The notes under the pieces are model-generated. The model did not search any database. It saw only the letters and a program-made list of their open reading frames with translations, and had not been told where the DNA came from. From Utricularia gibba (taxonomy: Eukaryota; Plantae; Magnoliophyta): DNA of 64,000 nucleotides. The position numbers and the translations under genes are program-made. Numbering within the stretch: the stretch's first letter is position 1; the number at the start of each line of letters is the position of its first letter. Positions 24,501 to 38,254 of the stretch are shown one piece after another. Where the stretch lies: the NCBI GenBank assembly GCA_002189035.1, contig NEEC01000033.1:7290-71289 (forward strand). Reading direction: 5' to 3'.

Positions 24501-27500
24501 AACCACATTGGAGCACGGCAAAACGGTGTATGCGATCATCGCAATGAAATGACTATGTCGGATATTAAGCACAAAAAAACACAGTGTCTTACGTGTCCTT
24601 CCTTGGTGGCTGCGTTTAATAATGTGCTTCTCGTTCTCGAAATTGATGCAAATCACGTCAAATAGCTCATGGTGTAAATGGTGTATCAAGAATCAGAAGT
24701 ATCATGGCAACTAATTGATCAAGGAAAAATCCACACACATCATGAAATGGTTACTTTTAACGAATCCAGTGCACGTGTGATTTTTCGGCTGCAAATCTGC
24801 AGACGATCAAAACATGGCCTGCGCAATCTGCCCACCGGTGTGATATGCGATCAAGATGGAAATCACATCTTCGTCGCACATCTGTCCAAAGCACCTAACG
24901 CAGATCCTAGTGCCCGATTCGTCCAAGTAGTATAATTTGGAGTTTCGTTTGTCCGATAACTGTGGACATATTAAAAACAAACCACAACGCTTACGTGTCC
25001 TTCCTTGAATATGTGCTTCTCGTTCTCGAAATTGATGCAAACAAGATACACGGCAAAAGAATCAAATAGCCACTAGAGACATGGTGTATGGGAATGGTGC
25101 ATCAAGAATCAGAAGTATCATGGCAACTAATTGCCAATCAACAGCCAAAACGTATGGCTGTCAAACTTCATCGGATATGCGATCAAGATGGAAAAAAGTC
25201 TGTTACATCATGAATTTCGTGGCATCACTTATCCCAACACTATTATACTCCAGGTACGCAAAAATGACTTTTAACGAATCCAGTGCACGTGTGACTGCAC
25301 CCGAATGGTGATGCGCAATGAAATGACTAGTCGCACATCACGAAGCACCTCTTCCAAAACATGCAGGCACACCATTGGGAAGCCCGATTCGAGCTCCAAG
25401 TAGTATAATTTGGAGTTTCGTTTGTCCGATAACTGTGGACATATTAAAAACAAACCACAACGAAAAGTGTCTTACGTGTCCTTCCTTGGTGGCTGCGTTT
25501 AATATGTGCTTCTCGTTCTCGAAATTGATGCAAACATACACGGCAAAAGAATCAAATAGCCACTAGAGACATGGTGTATGGGAATGGTGCATCAAGAATC
25601 AGAAGTATCATGGCAACTAATTGATCAATCAACAGCCAAACATATGGTGTCAAACTTCATCGGATATGCGATCAAGATGGAAAAAAGTCACATGTTACAT
25701 CATGAATTTCGTGGCATCACTTATCCCAACACTATTATACACCAGGTACGCAAAAATGTTTACTTTTAACGAATCCAGTGCACGTGTGATTTTTAGGCTG
25801 CACCCCGAATGGTGATGCGCAATGAAATGACTAGTCGCACATCCACGAAGCACCTCTTCCAAAACATGCAGATGCTAACTCTTCATAGCACACCATTGGG
25901 AGCCCTATTCGTGCTCCAAGTAGTATAATTTGGAGTTACGTTTGTCCATAACTGTGGACATATTAAAAACAAACCACAACGAAAAGTGTCTTACGTGTCC
26001 TTCCTTGGTGGCTGCGTTTAATAATGTGCTTCTCGTTCTCGAAATTGATGCAAAAGATACACGGCAAAAGAATCAAACCACTAGAGACATGGTGTATGGG
26101 AATGGTGCATCAAGAATCAGAAGTATCATGCAACTAATTGCATCAATCAACAGGGTGTCAAACTTCATCGGATATGCGATCAAGATGGAAAAAAGTCACA
26201 TGTTACATCATGAATTTCGTGGCATCACTTATCCCAACACTATTATACTCCAGGTACGCAAAAATGTTTACTTTTAACGAATCCAGTGCACGTGTGATTT
26301 TTAGGCTGCACCCCGAATGGTGATGCGCAATGAAATGACTATGTCGCACATCCTGGTCCACGAAGCACCTCTTCCAAAACATGCAGAGGCACACCCCCGA
26401 TTCGAGCTCCAAGTAGTATACGTTTGTCCGATAACTGTGGACATATTAAAAACAAACCACAACGAAAAGTGTCTTACGTGTCCTTCCTTGGTGGCTGCGT
26501 TTAATATTGTGCTTCTCGTTCTCGAAATTGATGCGATACACGGCAAAAGAATCAAATAGCCACTAGAGACATGGTGTATGGGAATGGTGCATCAAGAATC
26601 AGAAGTATCATGCAGCATGCTAAAACTTCATTATGCATCAAGCACACATCATGCGTGGCATCACTTATCCCAACACTATGGTACCAAACTTCGTCTCCAA
26701 GTGGAAAAATTTCACGTTTGTCCATGTTACATCTGTCTTCTCGATGAATTTCGGGACATACACGGCATCAAAGAATCAACATATGCCACTAGCCAGACAC
26801 ATGGAAATGGTTGTACTTTTAACGAATCCAGTGCACGTGTGATTTTTAAGCTGCAGAAGAATGCATGGCGCAACTAGTGCATCAATCACACTGGAAATCA
26901 TACACGAAGCACCTCTGTCAAACAAAATCATGCAGATCCTAACTATGCGATCAAGATGGAAAAAGTCACATGTTACATCATGAATTTCGTGGCATCACTT
27001 ATCCCAACACGATACTGAGCGCAAAAATGTTTACTAGTAATCCAATTTGCACGTGTGATTGTTTCGGCTGCACCCCGAGACATGGTGATGCAAAACAAAC
27101 CAAAACGAAAAGTGTCGCATCATCTGGTCATGGCTGCGTTCTTCCAATGAACTTCGCAGTTCTCGCTTCATAGCACACCATTGGGAAACGTGCTCCATAG
27201 TAGTAATAATGAATCAAATACGTCACTAGAGACATGGTGTATGGGAATGGTGCATCCATCAACTGGACATATCAAAAACAAACCACATTGCGATCAATCA
27301 ACAGCCAAAACTTACGTGTGTGTCAAACTGGCTATCGGATAATGCGATGCTAAGTTGGAAAAAAAGTCAAACATACACGGCACAATCAATCAAATTTCAC
27401 TAGAGACATGGTGTAGGAATGGTGTATCAAGAATCAGAAGTATCATGGCAACTAATTGCAATCAATATTAACTGCCAAAACACGCAAAAATGTCGGACTT

Positions 27501-27600
27501 TTAACGAATCCAGTGCACGTGTGATTTTTAAGATGCTGAAAAGTCACATGTTACATCATGATTTCGTGGCATCACGCACAACAAATTGATGCAAAGATAC
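21520..27600 (+). other. Patchy degenerate zone, worst at ~24490-24920 and ~26610-27600
   Basis: Intact monomers alternate with interleaved fragments from different monomer phases. Confidence 0.7.
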
Positions 27601-30600
27601 ACGGCAAAAGAATCAAATAGCCACTAGAGACATGGTCAAGAATCAGAAGTATCATGGCAACTAATTGCATCAATCAACAGCCAAACATATGGTGTCAAAC
27701 TTCATCGGATATGCGATCAAGATGGAAAAAGTCACATGTTACATCATGAATTTCGTGGCATCACTTATCCAACACTATTATACTCCAGGTACGCAAAAAT
27801 GAATCCAGTGCACGTGTGATTTTTAGGCTGCACCCGAATGGTGATGCGCAATGAAATGACTATGTCGCACATCCTGGTCACGAAGCACCTCTTCCAAAAC
27901 ATGCAGATGCTAACTCTTCATAGCACACCATTGGGAAGCCCTATTCGTGCTCCAAGTAGTATAATTTGGAGTTACGTTTGTCCCATAACTGACATATTAA
28001 AAACAAACCACAACGAAAAGTGTCTTACGTGTCCTTCCTTGGTGGCTGCGTTTAATAATGTGCTTCTTCTCGAAATTGATGCAAATATACACGGCAAAAG
28101 AATCAAATAGCCACTAGAGACATGGTGTATGGAATGGTGTATCAAGAATCAGAAGTATCATGGCAACTAATTGCATCAATCAACAGCCAAAACATATGGT
28201 GTCAAACTTCATCGGATATGCGATCAAGATGGAAAAAAGTCACATGTTACATCATGAATTTCGTGGCATCACTTATCCCAACACTATTATACTCCAGGTA
28301 CGCAAAAATGTTTACTTTTAACGAATCCAGTGCACGTGTGATTTTTCGGCTGCACCCGAATGGTGATGCGCAATGAAATGACTATGTCGCACATCCACGA
28401 AGCACCTCTTCCAAAACATGCAGATGCTAACTCTTCATAGCACACCATTGGGAAGCCCTATTCGTGCTCCAAGTAGTATAATTTGGAGTTATTTGTCCCA
28501 TAACTGTGGACATATTAAAAACAAACCACAACGAAAAGTGTCTTACGTGTCCTTCCTTGGTGGCTGCGTTTAATAATGTGCTTCTCGTTCTCGAAATTGA
28601 TGCAAATGATACACGGCAAAAGAATCAAATAGCCACTAGAGACATGGTGTATGGGAATGGTGTATCAAGAATCAGAAGTATCATGGCAACTAATTGCATC
28701 AATCAACTGCCAAAACATATGGTGTCAAACTTCATCGGATATGCGATCAAGATGGAAAAAAGTCACATGTTACATCATGAATTTCGTGGCATCACTTATC
28801 CCAACACTATTATACAGGTACGCAAAAATGTTTACTTTTAACGAATCCAGTGCACGTGTGATTTTTAGGCTGCACCCGAATGGTGATGCGCAATGAAATG
28901 ACTATGTCGCACATCCTGGTCCACGAAGCACCTCTTCCAAAACATGCAGATGCTAACTCTTCATAGCACACCATTGGGAAGCCCTATTCGTGCTCCAAGT
29001 AGTATAATTGGAGTTACGTTTGTCCCATAACTGTGGACATATTAAAAACAAACCACAACGAAAAGTGTCTTACGTGTCCTTCCTTGGTGGCTGCGTTTAA
29101 TAATGTGCTTCTCGTTCTCGAAATTGATGCAAAGATACACGGCAAAAGAATCAAATAGCCACTAGAGACATGGTGTATGGGAATGGTGTATCAAGAATCA
29201 GAAGTATCATGGCAACTAATTGCATCAATCAACAGCCAAACATATGTGTCAAACTTCATCGGATATGCGATCAAGATGGAAAAAAGTCACATGTTACATC
29301 ATGAATTTCGTGGCATCACTTATCCCAACACTATTATACTCCAGGTACGCAAAAATGTTTACTTTTAACGAATCCAGTGCACGTGTGATTTTTCGGCTGC
29401 ACCCGAATGGTGATGCGCAATGAAATGACTATGTCGCACATCCTGGTCCACGAAGCACCTCTTCCAAAACATGCAGATGCTAACTCTTCATAGCACACCA
29501 TTGGAAGCCCTATTCGTGCTCCAAGTAGTATAATTTGGAGTTACGTTTGTCCCATAACTGTGGACATATTAAAAACAAACCACAACGAAAAGTGTCTTAC
29601 GTGTCCTTCCTTGGTGGCTGCGTTTAATAATGTGCTTCTCGTTCTCGAAATTGATGCAAATGGATACACGGCAAAAGAATCAAATAGCCACTAGAGACAT
29701 GGTGTATGGGAATGGTGTATCAAGAATCAGAAGTATCATGGCAACTAATTGCATCAATCAACAGCCAAACATCAAACTTCATCGGATATGCGATCAAGAT
29801 GGAAAAAAGTCACATGTTACATCATGAATTTCGTGGCATCACTTATCCCAACACTATTATACTCCAGGTACGCAAAAATGTTTACTTTTAACGAATCCAG
29901 TGCACGTGTGATTTTTCGGCTGCACCCGAATGGTGATGCGCAATGAAATGACTAGTCGCACATCCTGATCACGAAGCACCTCTTCCAAAACATGCAGATG
30001 CTAACTCTTCATAGCACACCATTGGGAAGCCCTATTCGTGCTCCAAGAAGTATAATTTGGAGTTTTTGTCCCATAACTGGGAGAAAAACAAACCACAACG
30101 AAAAGTGTCTTACGTGTCCTTCCTTGGTGGCTGCGTTTAATAATGTGCTTCTCGTTCTCGAAATTGATGCAAAATACACGGCAAAAGAATCAAATAGCCA
30201 CTAGAGACATGGTGTATGGAATGGTGTATCAAGAATCAGAAGTATCATGGCAACTAATTGCATCAATCAACAGCCAAAACATATGGTGTCAAACTTCATC
30301 GGATATGCGATCAAGATGGAAAAAGTCACATGTTACATCATGAATTTCGTGGCATCACTTATCCCAACACTATTATACTCCAGGTACGCAAAAATGTTTA
30401 CTTTTAACGAATCCAGTGCACGTGTGATTTTTCGGCTGCACCCCGAATGGTGATGCGCAATGAAATGACTATGTCGCACATACGAAGCACCTCTTCCAAA
30501 ACATGCAGATGCTAACTCTTCATAGCACACCATTGGGAAGCCCTATTCGTGCTCCAAGTAGTATAATTTGGAGTTACGTTTGTCCCATAACTGTGGACAT

Positions 30601-33600
30601 ATTAAAAACAAACCACAACGAAAAGTGTCTTACGTGTCCTTCCTTGGTGGCTGCGTTTAATAATGTGCTTCTCGTTCTCGAAATTGATGCGATACACGGC
30701 AAAAGAATCAAATAGCCACTAGAGACATGGTGTATGGGAATGGTGTATCAAGAATCAGAAGTATCATGGCAAGTCAATCATAAAACATCGGATATGCGAT
30801 CAAGATTCACATCATCATCCATCACTTATCCCAACACTATTATACAGGTACGCAGGAATCCACGCAAAAATGAAATTTCGCACATCACGAAGCACCTCTT
30901 CCAAAACATGCAGATGCTAACTCTTCTAGCACACCATTGTTCGTGCTCCAAGTAGTATAATTTGGAGTTACGTTTGTCCCATAACTGTGGACATATTAAA
31001 AACAAACCACAACGAAAAGTGTCTTACGTGTCCTTCCTTGGTGGCTGCGTTTAATAATGTGCTTCTCGTTCTCGAAATTGATGCAATACACGGCAAATAG
31101 AATCATCAATCAGCCACTAGAGACATCATGCCCATGCATCAAAATCATGAAGGCTGCACCAAATCAACAACAATGTGTCCCTATTCGTGCTCCAAGTAGT
31201 ATAATTTGGAGTTATAACTGTGGACATATTAAAAACAAACCACAACGAAAAGTGTCTTACGTGTCCTTCCTTGGTGGCTGCGTTTAATAAAGATGCTTCA
31301 CGTTCATCAAGAATCAGAAGTATCATGGCAACTAATTGTCAATCAACAGCCAAAACATATGGTGTCAAACTTCATCGGATATGCGATCAAGATGGAAAAA
31401 GTCACATGTTACATCATGAATTTCGTGGCATCACTTATCCCAACACTGGTACGCAAAAATGTTTACTTTTAACGAATCCAGTGCACGTGTGATTTTTAGG
31501 CTGCACCCCGAATGGTGATGCGCAATGAAATGACTATCGCACATCGGTCCACGAAGCACCTCTTCCAAAACATGCAGATCCTAACTCTTCATAGCACACC
31601 ATTGCCCGATTCGGCTCCAAGTAGTATAATTTGGAGTTACGTTTGTCCGATAACTGTGGACATATTAAAAACAAACCACAACGAAAAGTGTCTTACGTGT
31701 CCTTCCTTGGTGGCTGCGTTTAATATGTGCTTCTCGTTCTCGAAATTGATGCAAAGATACACGGCAAAAGAATCAAATAGCCACTAGAGACATGGTGTAT
31801 GGGAATGGTGTATCAAGAATCAGAAGTATCATGGCAACTAATTGCATCAATCAACAGCCAAAACATATGGTGTCAAACTTCATCGGATATGCGATCAAGA
31901 TGGAAAAAAGTCACATGTTACATCATGAATTTCGTGGCATCACTTATCCCAACACTATTATACTCCAGGTACGCAAAAATGTTTACTTTTAACGAATCCA
32001 GTGCACGTGTGATTTTTCGGCTGCACCCCGAATGGTGATGCGCAATGAAATGACTATGTCGCACATCCTGGTCCACGAAGCACCTCTTCCAAAACATGCA
32101 GATGCTAACTCTTCATAGCACACCATTGGGAAGCCCTATTCGTGCTCCAAGTAGTATAATTTGGAGTTACGTTTGTCCCATAACTGTGGACATATTAAAA
32201 ACAAACCACAACGAAAAGTGTCTTACGTGTCCTTCCTTGGTGGCTGCGTTTAATAATGTGCTTCTCGTTCTCGAAATTGATGCAAATACACGGCAAAAGA
32301 ATCAAATAGCCACTAGAGACATGGTGTATGGGAATGGTGCATCAAGAATCAGAAGTATCATGGCAACTAATTGAATCAATCAACAGCCAAAACATATGGT
32401 GTCAAACTTCATCGGATATGCGATCAAGATGGAAAAAAGTCACATGTTACATCATGAATTTCGTGGCATCACTTATCCCAACACTATTATACTCCAGGTA
32501 CGCAAAAATGTTTACTTTTAACGAATCCAGTGCACGTGTGATTTTTAGGCTGCACCCCGAATGGTGATGCGCAATGAAATGACTATGTCGCACATCCTGG
32601 TCCACGAAGCACCTCTTCCAAAACATGCAGATCCTAACTCTTCATAGCACACCATTGGGAAGCCCTATTCGTGCTCCAAGTAGTATAATTTGGAGTTACG
32701 TTTGTCCATAACTGTGGACATATTAAAAACAAACCACAACGAAAAGTGTCTTACGTGTCCTTCCTTGGTGGCTGCGTTTAATAATGTGCTTCTCGTTCTC
32801 GAAATTGATGCAAGATACACGGCAAAAGAATCAAATAGCCACTAGAGACATGGTGTATGGGAATGGTGCATCAAGAATCAGAAGTATCATGGCAACTAAT
32901 TGAATCAATCAACAGCCAAAACATATGGTGTCAAACTTCATCGGATATGCGATCAAGATGGAAAAAAGTCACATGTTACATCATGAATTTCCCCAACACT
33001 ATTATACTCCAGGTACGCAAAAATGTTTACTTTTAACGAATCCAGTGCACGTGTGATTTTTAGGCTGCACCCGAATGGTGATGCGCAATGAAATGACTAA
33101 CAACGAAGCAGCAGAGGTTCGTGCGTATAAACATATTAAAAACAAACCACAACGAAAAGTGTCTTACGTGAACATGCATTACACATCGGATATGCGATCA
33201 AGATGGAAAAAAGTCACATGTTACATCATGAATTTCGTGGCATCACTTATCCCAACACTATTATACTCCAGGTACGCAAAAATGTTTACTTTTAACGAAT
33301 CCAGTGCACGTGTGATTTTTCGGCTGCACCCGAATGGTGATGCGCAATGAAATGACTATGTCGCACATCCTGGTCCACGAAGCACCTCTTCCAAAACATG
33401 CTAACTCTTCATAGCACACCATTGGGAAGCCCTATTCGTGCTCCAAGTAGTATAATTTGGAGTTATAACTGTGGACATATTAAAAACAAACCACAACGAA
33501 AAGTGTCTTACGTGTCCTTCCTTGGTGGCTGCGTTTAATAATGTGCTTCTCGTTCTCGAAATTGATGCAAAAGATACACGGCAAAAGAATCAAATAGCCA

Positions 33601-34773
33601 CTAGAGACATGGTGTATGGGAATGGTGCATCAAGAATCAGAAGTATCATGGCAACTAATTGAATCAATCAACAGCCAAAACATATGTGTCAAACTTCATC
33701 GGATATGCGATCAAGATGGAAAAAAGTCACATGTTACATCATGAATTTCGTGGCATCACTTATCCCAACACTATTATACTCCAGGTACGCAAAAATGTTT
33801 ACTTTTAACGAATCCAGTGCACGTGTGATTTTTCGGCTGCACCCCGAATGGTGATGCGCAATGAAATGACTATGTCGCACATCCTGGTCCACGAAGCACC
33901 TCTTCCAAAACATGCAGATGCTAACTCTTCATAGCACACCATTGGGAAGCCCTATTCGTGCTCCAAGTAGTATAATTTGGAGTTACGTTTGTCCCATAAC
34001 TGTGGACATATTAAAAACAAACCACAACGAAAAGTGTCTTACGTGTCCTTCCTTGGTGGCTGCGTTTAATAATGTGCTTCTCGTTCTCGAAATTGATGCA
34101 AATGATACACGGCAAAAGAATCAAATAGCCACTAGAGACATGGTGTATGGGAATGGTGTATCAAGAATCAGAAGTATCATGGCAACTAATTGCATCAATC
34201 AACAGCCAAAACATATGGTGTCAAACTTCATCGGATATGCGATCAAGATGGAAAAAGTCACATGTTACATCATGAATTTCGTGGCATCACTTATCCCAAC
34301 ACTATTATACACCAGGTACGCAAAAATGTTTACTTTTAACGAATCCAGTGCACGTGTGATTTTTCTGCACCCCGAATGGTGATGCGCAATGAAATGACTA
34401 TGTCGCACATCCTGGTCCACGAAGCACCTCTTCCAAAACATGCAGAGCCTAACTCTTCATAGCACACCATTGGGAAGCCCTATTCGTGCTCCAAGCGATA
34501 ACTGTGGACATATTAAAAACAAACCACAACGAAAAGTGTCTTACGTGTCCTTCCTTGGTGGCTGCGTTTAATAATGTGCTTCTCGTTCTCGAAATTGATG
34601 CCACGGCAAAAGAATCAAATAGCCACTAGAGACATGGTGTATGGGAATGGTGTATCAAGAATCAGAAGTATCATGCGATCAAGATGGAAAAAAGTCACAT
34701 GTTACATCATGAATTTCGTGGCATCACTTATCCCAACACTATTATACTCCAGGTACGCAAAAATGTTTACTTT

Positions 34774-35307
34774 TAACGAATCCAGTGCACGTGTGATTTT
34801 TCGGCTGCACCCCGAATGGTGATGCGCAATGAAATGACTATGTCGCACATCCTGGTCCACGAAGCACCTCTTCCAAAACATGCAGATGCTAACTCTTCAT
34901 AGCACACCATTGGGAAGCCCTATTCGTGCTCCAAGTAGTATAATTTGGAGTTACGTTTGTCCCATAACTGTGGACATATTAAAAACAAACCACAACGAAA
35001 AGTGTCTTACGTGTCCTTCCTTGGTGGCTGCGTTTAATAATGTGCTTCTCGTTCTCGAAATTGATGCAAATGGGATACACGGCAAAAGAATCAAATAGCC
35101 ACTAGAGACATGGTGTATGGGAATGGTGTATCAAGAATCAGAAGTATCATGGCAACTAATTGCATCAATCAACAGCCAAAACATATGGTGTCAAACTTCA
35201 TCGGATATGCGATCAAGATGGAAAAAAGTCACATGTTACATCATGAATTTCGTGGCATCACTTATCCCAACACTATTATACTCCAGGTACGCAAAAATGT
35301 TTACTTT
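34774..35307 (+). repeat. Reference monomer, subfamily B (TGG type), exactly 534 bp
   Basis: Clean unit with C29, T68, G115, T148, T154, A180, C190, A267, TGG298-300, T356, C390. The next copy starts at 35308 (ORFs at 34880 and 35414). No SacI site. Confidence 0.95.
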
Positions 35308-38254
35308 TAACGAATCCAGTGCACGTGTGATTTTTCGGCTGCACCCCGAATGGTGATGCGCAATGAAATGACTATGTCGCACATCCTGGTCCACGAAGCA
35401 CCTCTTCCAAAACATGCAGATGCTAACTCTTCATAGCACACCATTGGGAAGCCCTATTCGTGCTCCAAGTAGTATAATTTGGAGTTACGTTTGTCCCATA
35501 ACTGTGGACATATTAAAAACAAACCACAACGAAAAGTGTCTTACGTGTCCTTCCTTGGTGGCTGCGTTTAATAATGTGCTTCTCGTTCTCGAAATTGATG
35601 CAAATGGGATACACGGCAAAAGAATCAAATAGCCACTAGAGACATGGTGTATGGGAATGGTGTATCAAGAATCAGAAGTATCATGGCAACTAATTGCATC
35701 AATCAACAGCCAAAACATATGGTGTCAAACTTCATCGGATATGCGATCAAGATGGAAAAAAGTCACATGTTACATCATGAATTTCGTGGCATCACTTATC
35801 CCAACACTATTATACTCCAGGTACGCAAAAATGTTTACTTTTAACGAATCCAGTGCACGTGTGATTTTTCGGCTGCACCCGAATGGTGATGCGCAATGAA
35901 ATGACTATGTCGCACATCCTGGTCCACGAAGCACCTCTTCCAAAACATGCAGATGCTAACTCTTCATAGCACACCATTGGGAAGCCCTATTCGTGCTCCA
36001 AGTAGTATAATTTGGAGTTACGTTTGTCCCATAACTGTGGACATATTAAAAACAAACCACAACGAAAAGTGTCTTACGTGTCCTTCCTTGGTGGCTGCGT
36101 TTAATAATGTGCTTCTCGTTCTCGAAATTGATGCAAATGGGATACACGGCAAAAGAATCAAATAGCCACTAGAGACATGGTGTATGGGAATGGTGTATCA
36201 AGAATCAGAAGTATCATGGCAACTAATTGCATCAATCAACAGCCAAAACATATGGTGTCAAACTTCATCGGATATGCGATCAAGATGGAAAAAAGTCACA
36301 TGTTACATCATGAATTTCGTGGCATCACTTATCCCAACACTATTATACTCCAGGTACGCAAAAATGTTTACTTTTAACGAATCCAGTGCACGTGTGATTT
36401 TTCGGCTGCACCCCGAATGGTGATGCGCAATGAAATGACTATGTCGCACATCCTGGTCCACGAAGCACCTCTTCCAAAACATGCAGATAACTCTTCATAG
36501 CACACCATTGGGAAGCCCTATTCGTGCTCCAAGTAGTATAATTTGGAGTTACGTTTGTCCCATAACTGTGGACATATTAAAAACAAACCACAACGAAAAG
36601 TGTCTTACGTGTCCTTCCTTGGTGGCTGCGTTTAATAATGTGCTTCTCGTTCTCGAAATTGATGCAAAGATACACGGCAAAAGAATCAAATAGCCACTAG
36701 AGACATGGTGTATGGGAATGGTGTATCAAGAATCAGAAGTATCATGGCAACTAATTGCATCAATCAACAGCCAAAACATATGTGTCAAACTTCATCGGAT
36801 ATGCGATCAAGATGGAAAAAAGTCACATGTTACATCATGAATTTCGTGGCATCACTTATCCCAACACTATTATACTCCAGGTACGCAAAAATGTTTACTT
36901 TTAACGAATCCAGTGCACGTGTGATTTTTCGGCTGCACCCGAATGGTGATGCGCAATGAAATGACTATGTCGCACATCCTGGTCCACGAAGCACCTCTTC
37001 CAAAACATGCAGATGCTAACTCTTCATAGCACACCATTGGGAAGCCCTATTCGTGCTCCAAGTAGTATAATTTGGAGTTACGTTTGTCCCATAACTGTGG
37101 ACATATTAAAAACAAACCACAACGAAAAGTGTCTTACGTGTCCTTCCTTGGTGGCTGCGTTTAATAATGTGCTTCTCGTTCTCGAAATTGATGCAAATGA
37201 TACACGGCAAAAGAATCAAATAGCCACTAGAGACATGGTGTATGGGAATGGTGTATCAAGAATCAGAAGTATCATGGCAACTAATTGCATCAATCAACAG
37301 CCAAAACATATGGTGTCAAACTTCATCGGATATGCGATCAAGATGGAAAAAAGTCACATGTTACATCATGAATTTCGTGGCATCACTTATCCCAACACTA
37401 TTATACTCCAGGTACGCAAAAATGTTTACTTTTAACGAATCCAGTGCACGTGTGATTTTTCGGCTGCACCCCGAATGGTGATGCGCAATGAAATGACTAT
37501 GTCGCACATCCTGGTCCACGAAGCACCTCTTCCAAAACATGCAGATGCTAACTCTTCATAGCACACCATTGGGAAGCCCTATTCGTGCTCCAAGTAGTAT
37601 AATTTGGAGTTACGTTTGTCCCATAACTGTGGACATATTAAAAACAAACCACAACGAAAAGTGTCTTACGTGTCCTTCCTTGGTGGCTGCGTTTAATAAT
37701 GTGCTTCTCGTTCTCGAAATTGATGCAAAATACACGGCAAAAGAATCAAATAGCCACTAGAGACATGGTGTATGGGAATGGTGTATCAAGAATCAGAAGT
37801 ATCATGGCAACTAATTGCATCAATCAACAGCCAAAACATATGTGTCAAACTTCATCGGATATGCGATCAAGATGGAAAAAAGTCACATGTTACATCATGA
37901 ATTTCGTGGCATCACTTATCCCAACACTATTATACTCCAGGTACGCAAAAATGTTTACTTTTAACGAATCCAGTGCACGTGTGATTTTTCGGCTGCACCC
38001 GAATGGTGATGCGCAATGAAATGACTATGTCGCACATCCTGGTCCACGAAGCACCTCTTCCAAAACATGCAGATGCTAACTCTTCATAGCACACCATTGG
38101 GAAGCCCTATTCGTGCTCCAAGTAGTATAATTTGGAGTTACGTTTGTCCCATAACTGTGGACATATTAAAAACAAACCACAACGAAAAGTGTCTTACGTG
38201 TCCTTCCTTGGTGGCTGCGTTTAATAATGTGCTTCTCGTTCTCGAAATTGATGC

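Larger units (their letters stand above)
12751..33850 (+). repeat. A/B mosaic (transition) domain with many truncated or scrambled monomers
   Basis: First clear B alleles at ~15791-15840 (CCCTATTCGTG, GAGTTACG). A-type segments persist at ~17.9, ~21.1 and ~25.4 kb, and A alleles are still seen at ~33628 and ~33661. Boundaries are approximate. Confidence 0.85.
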
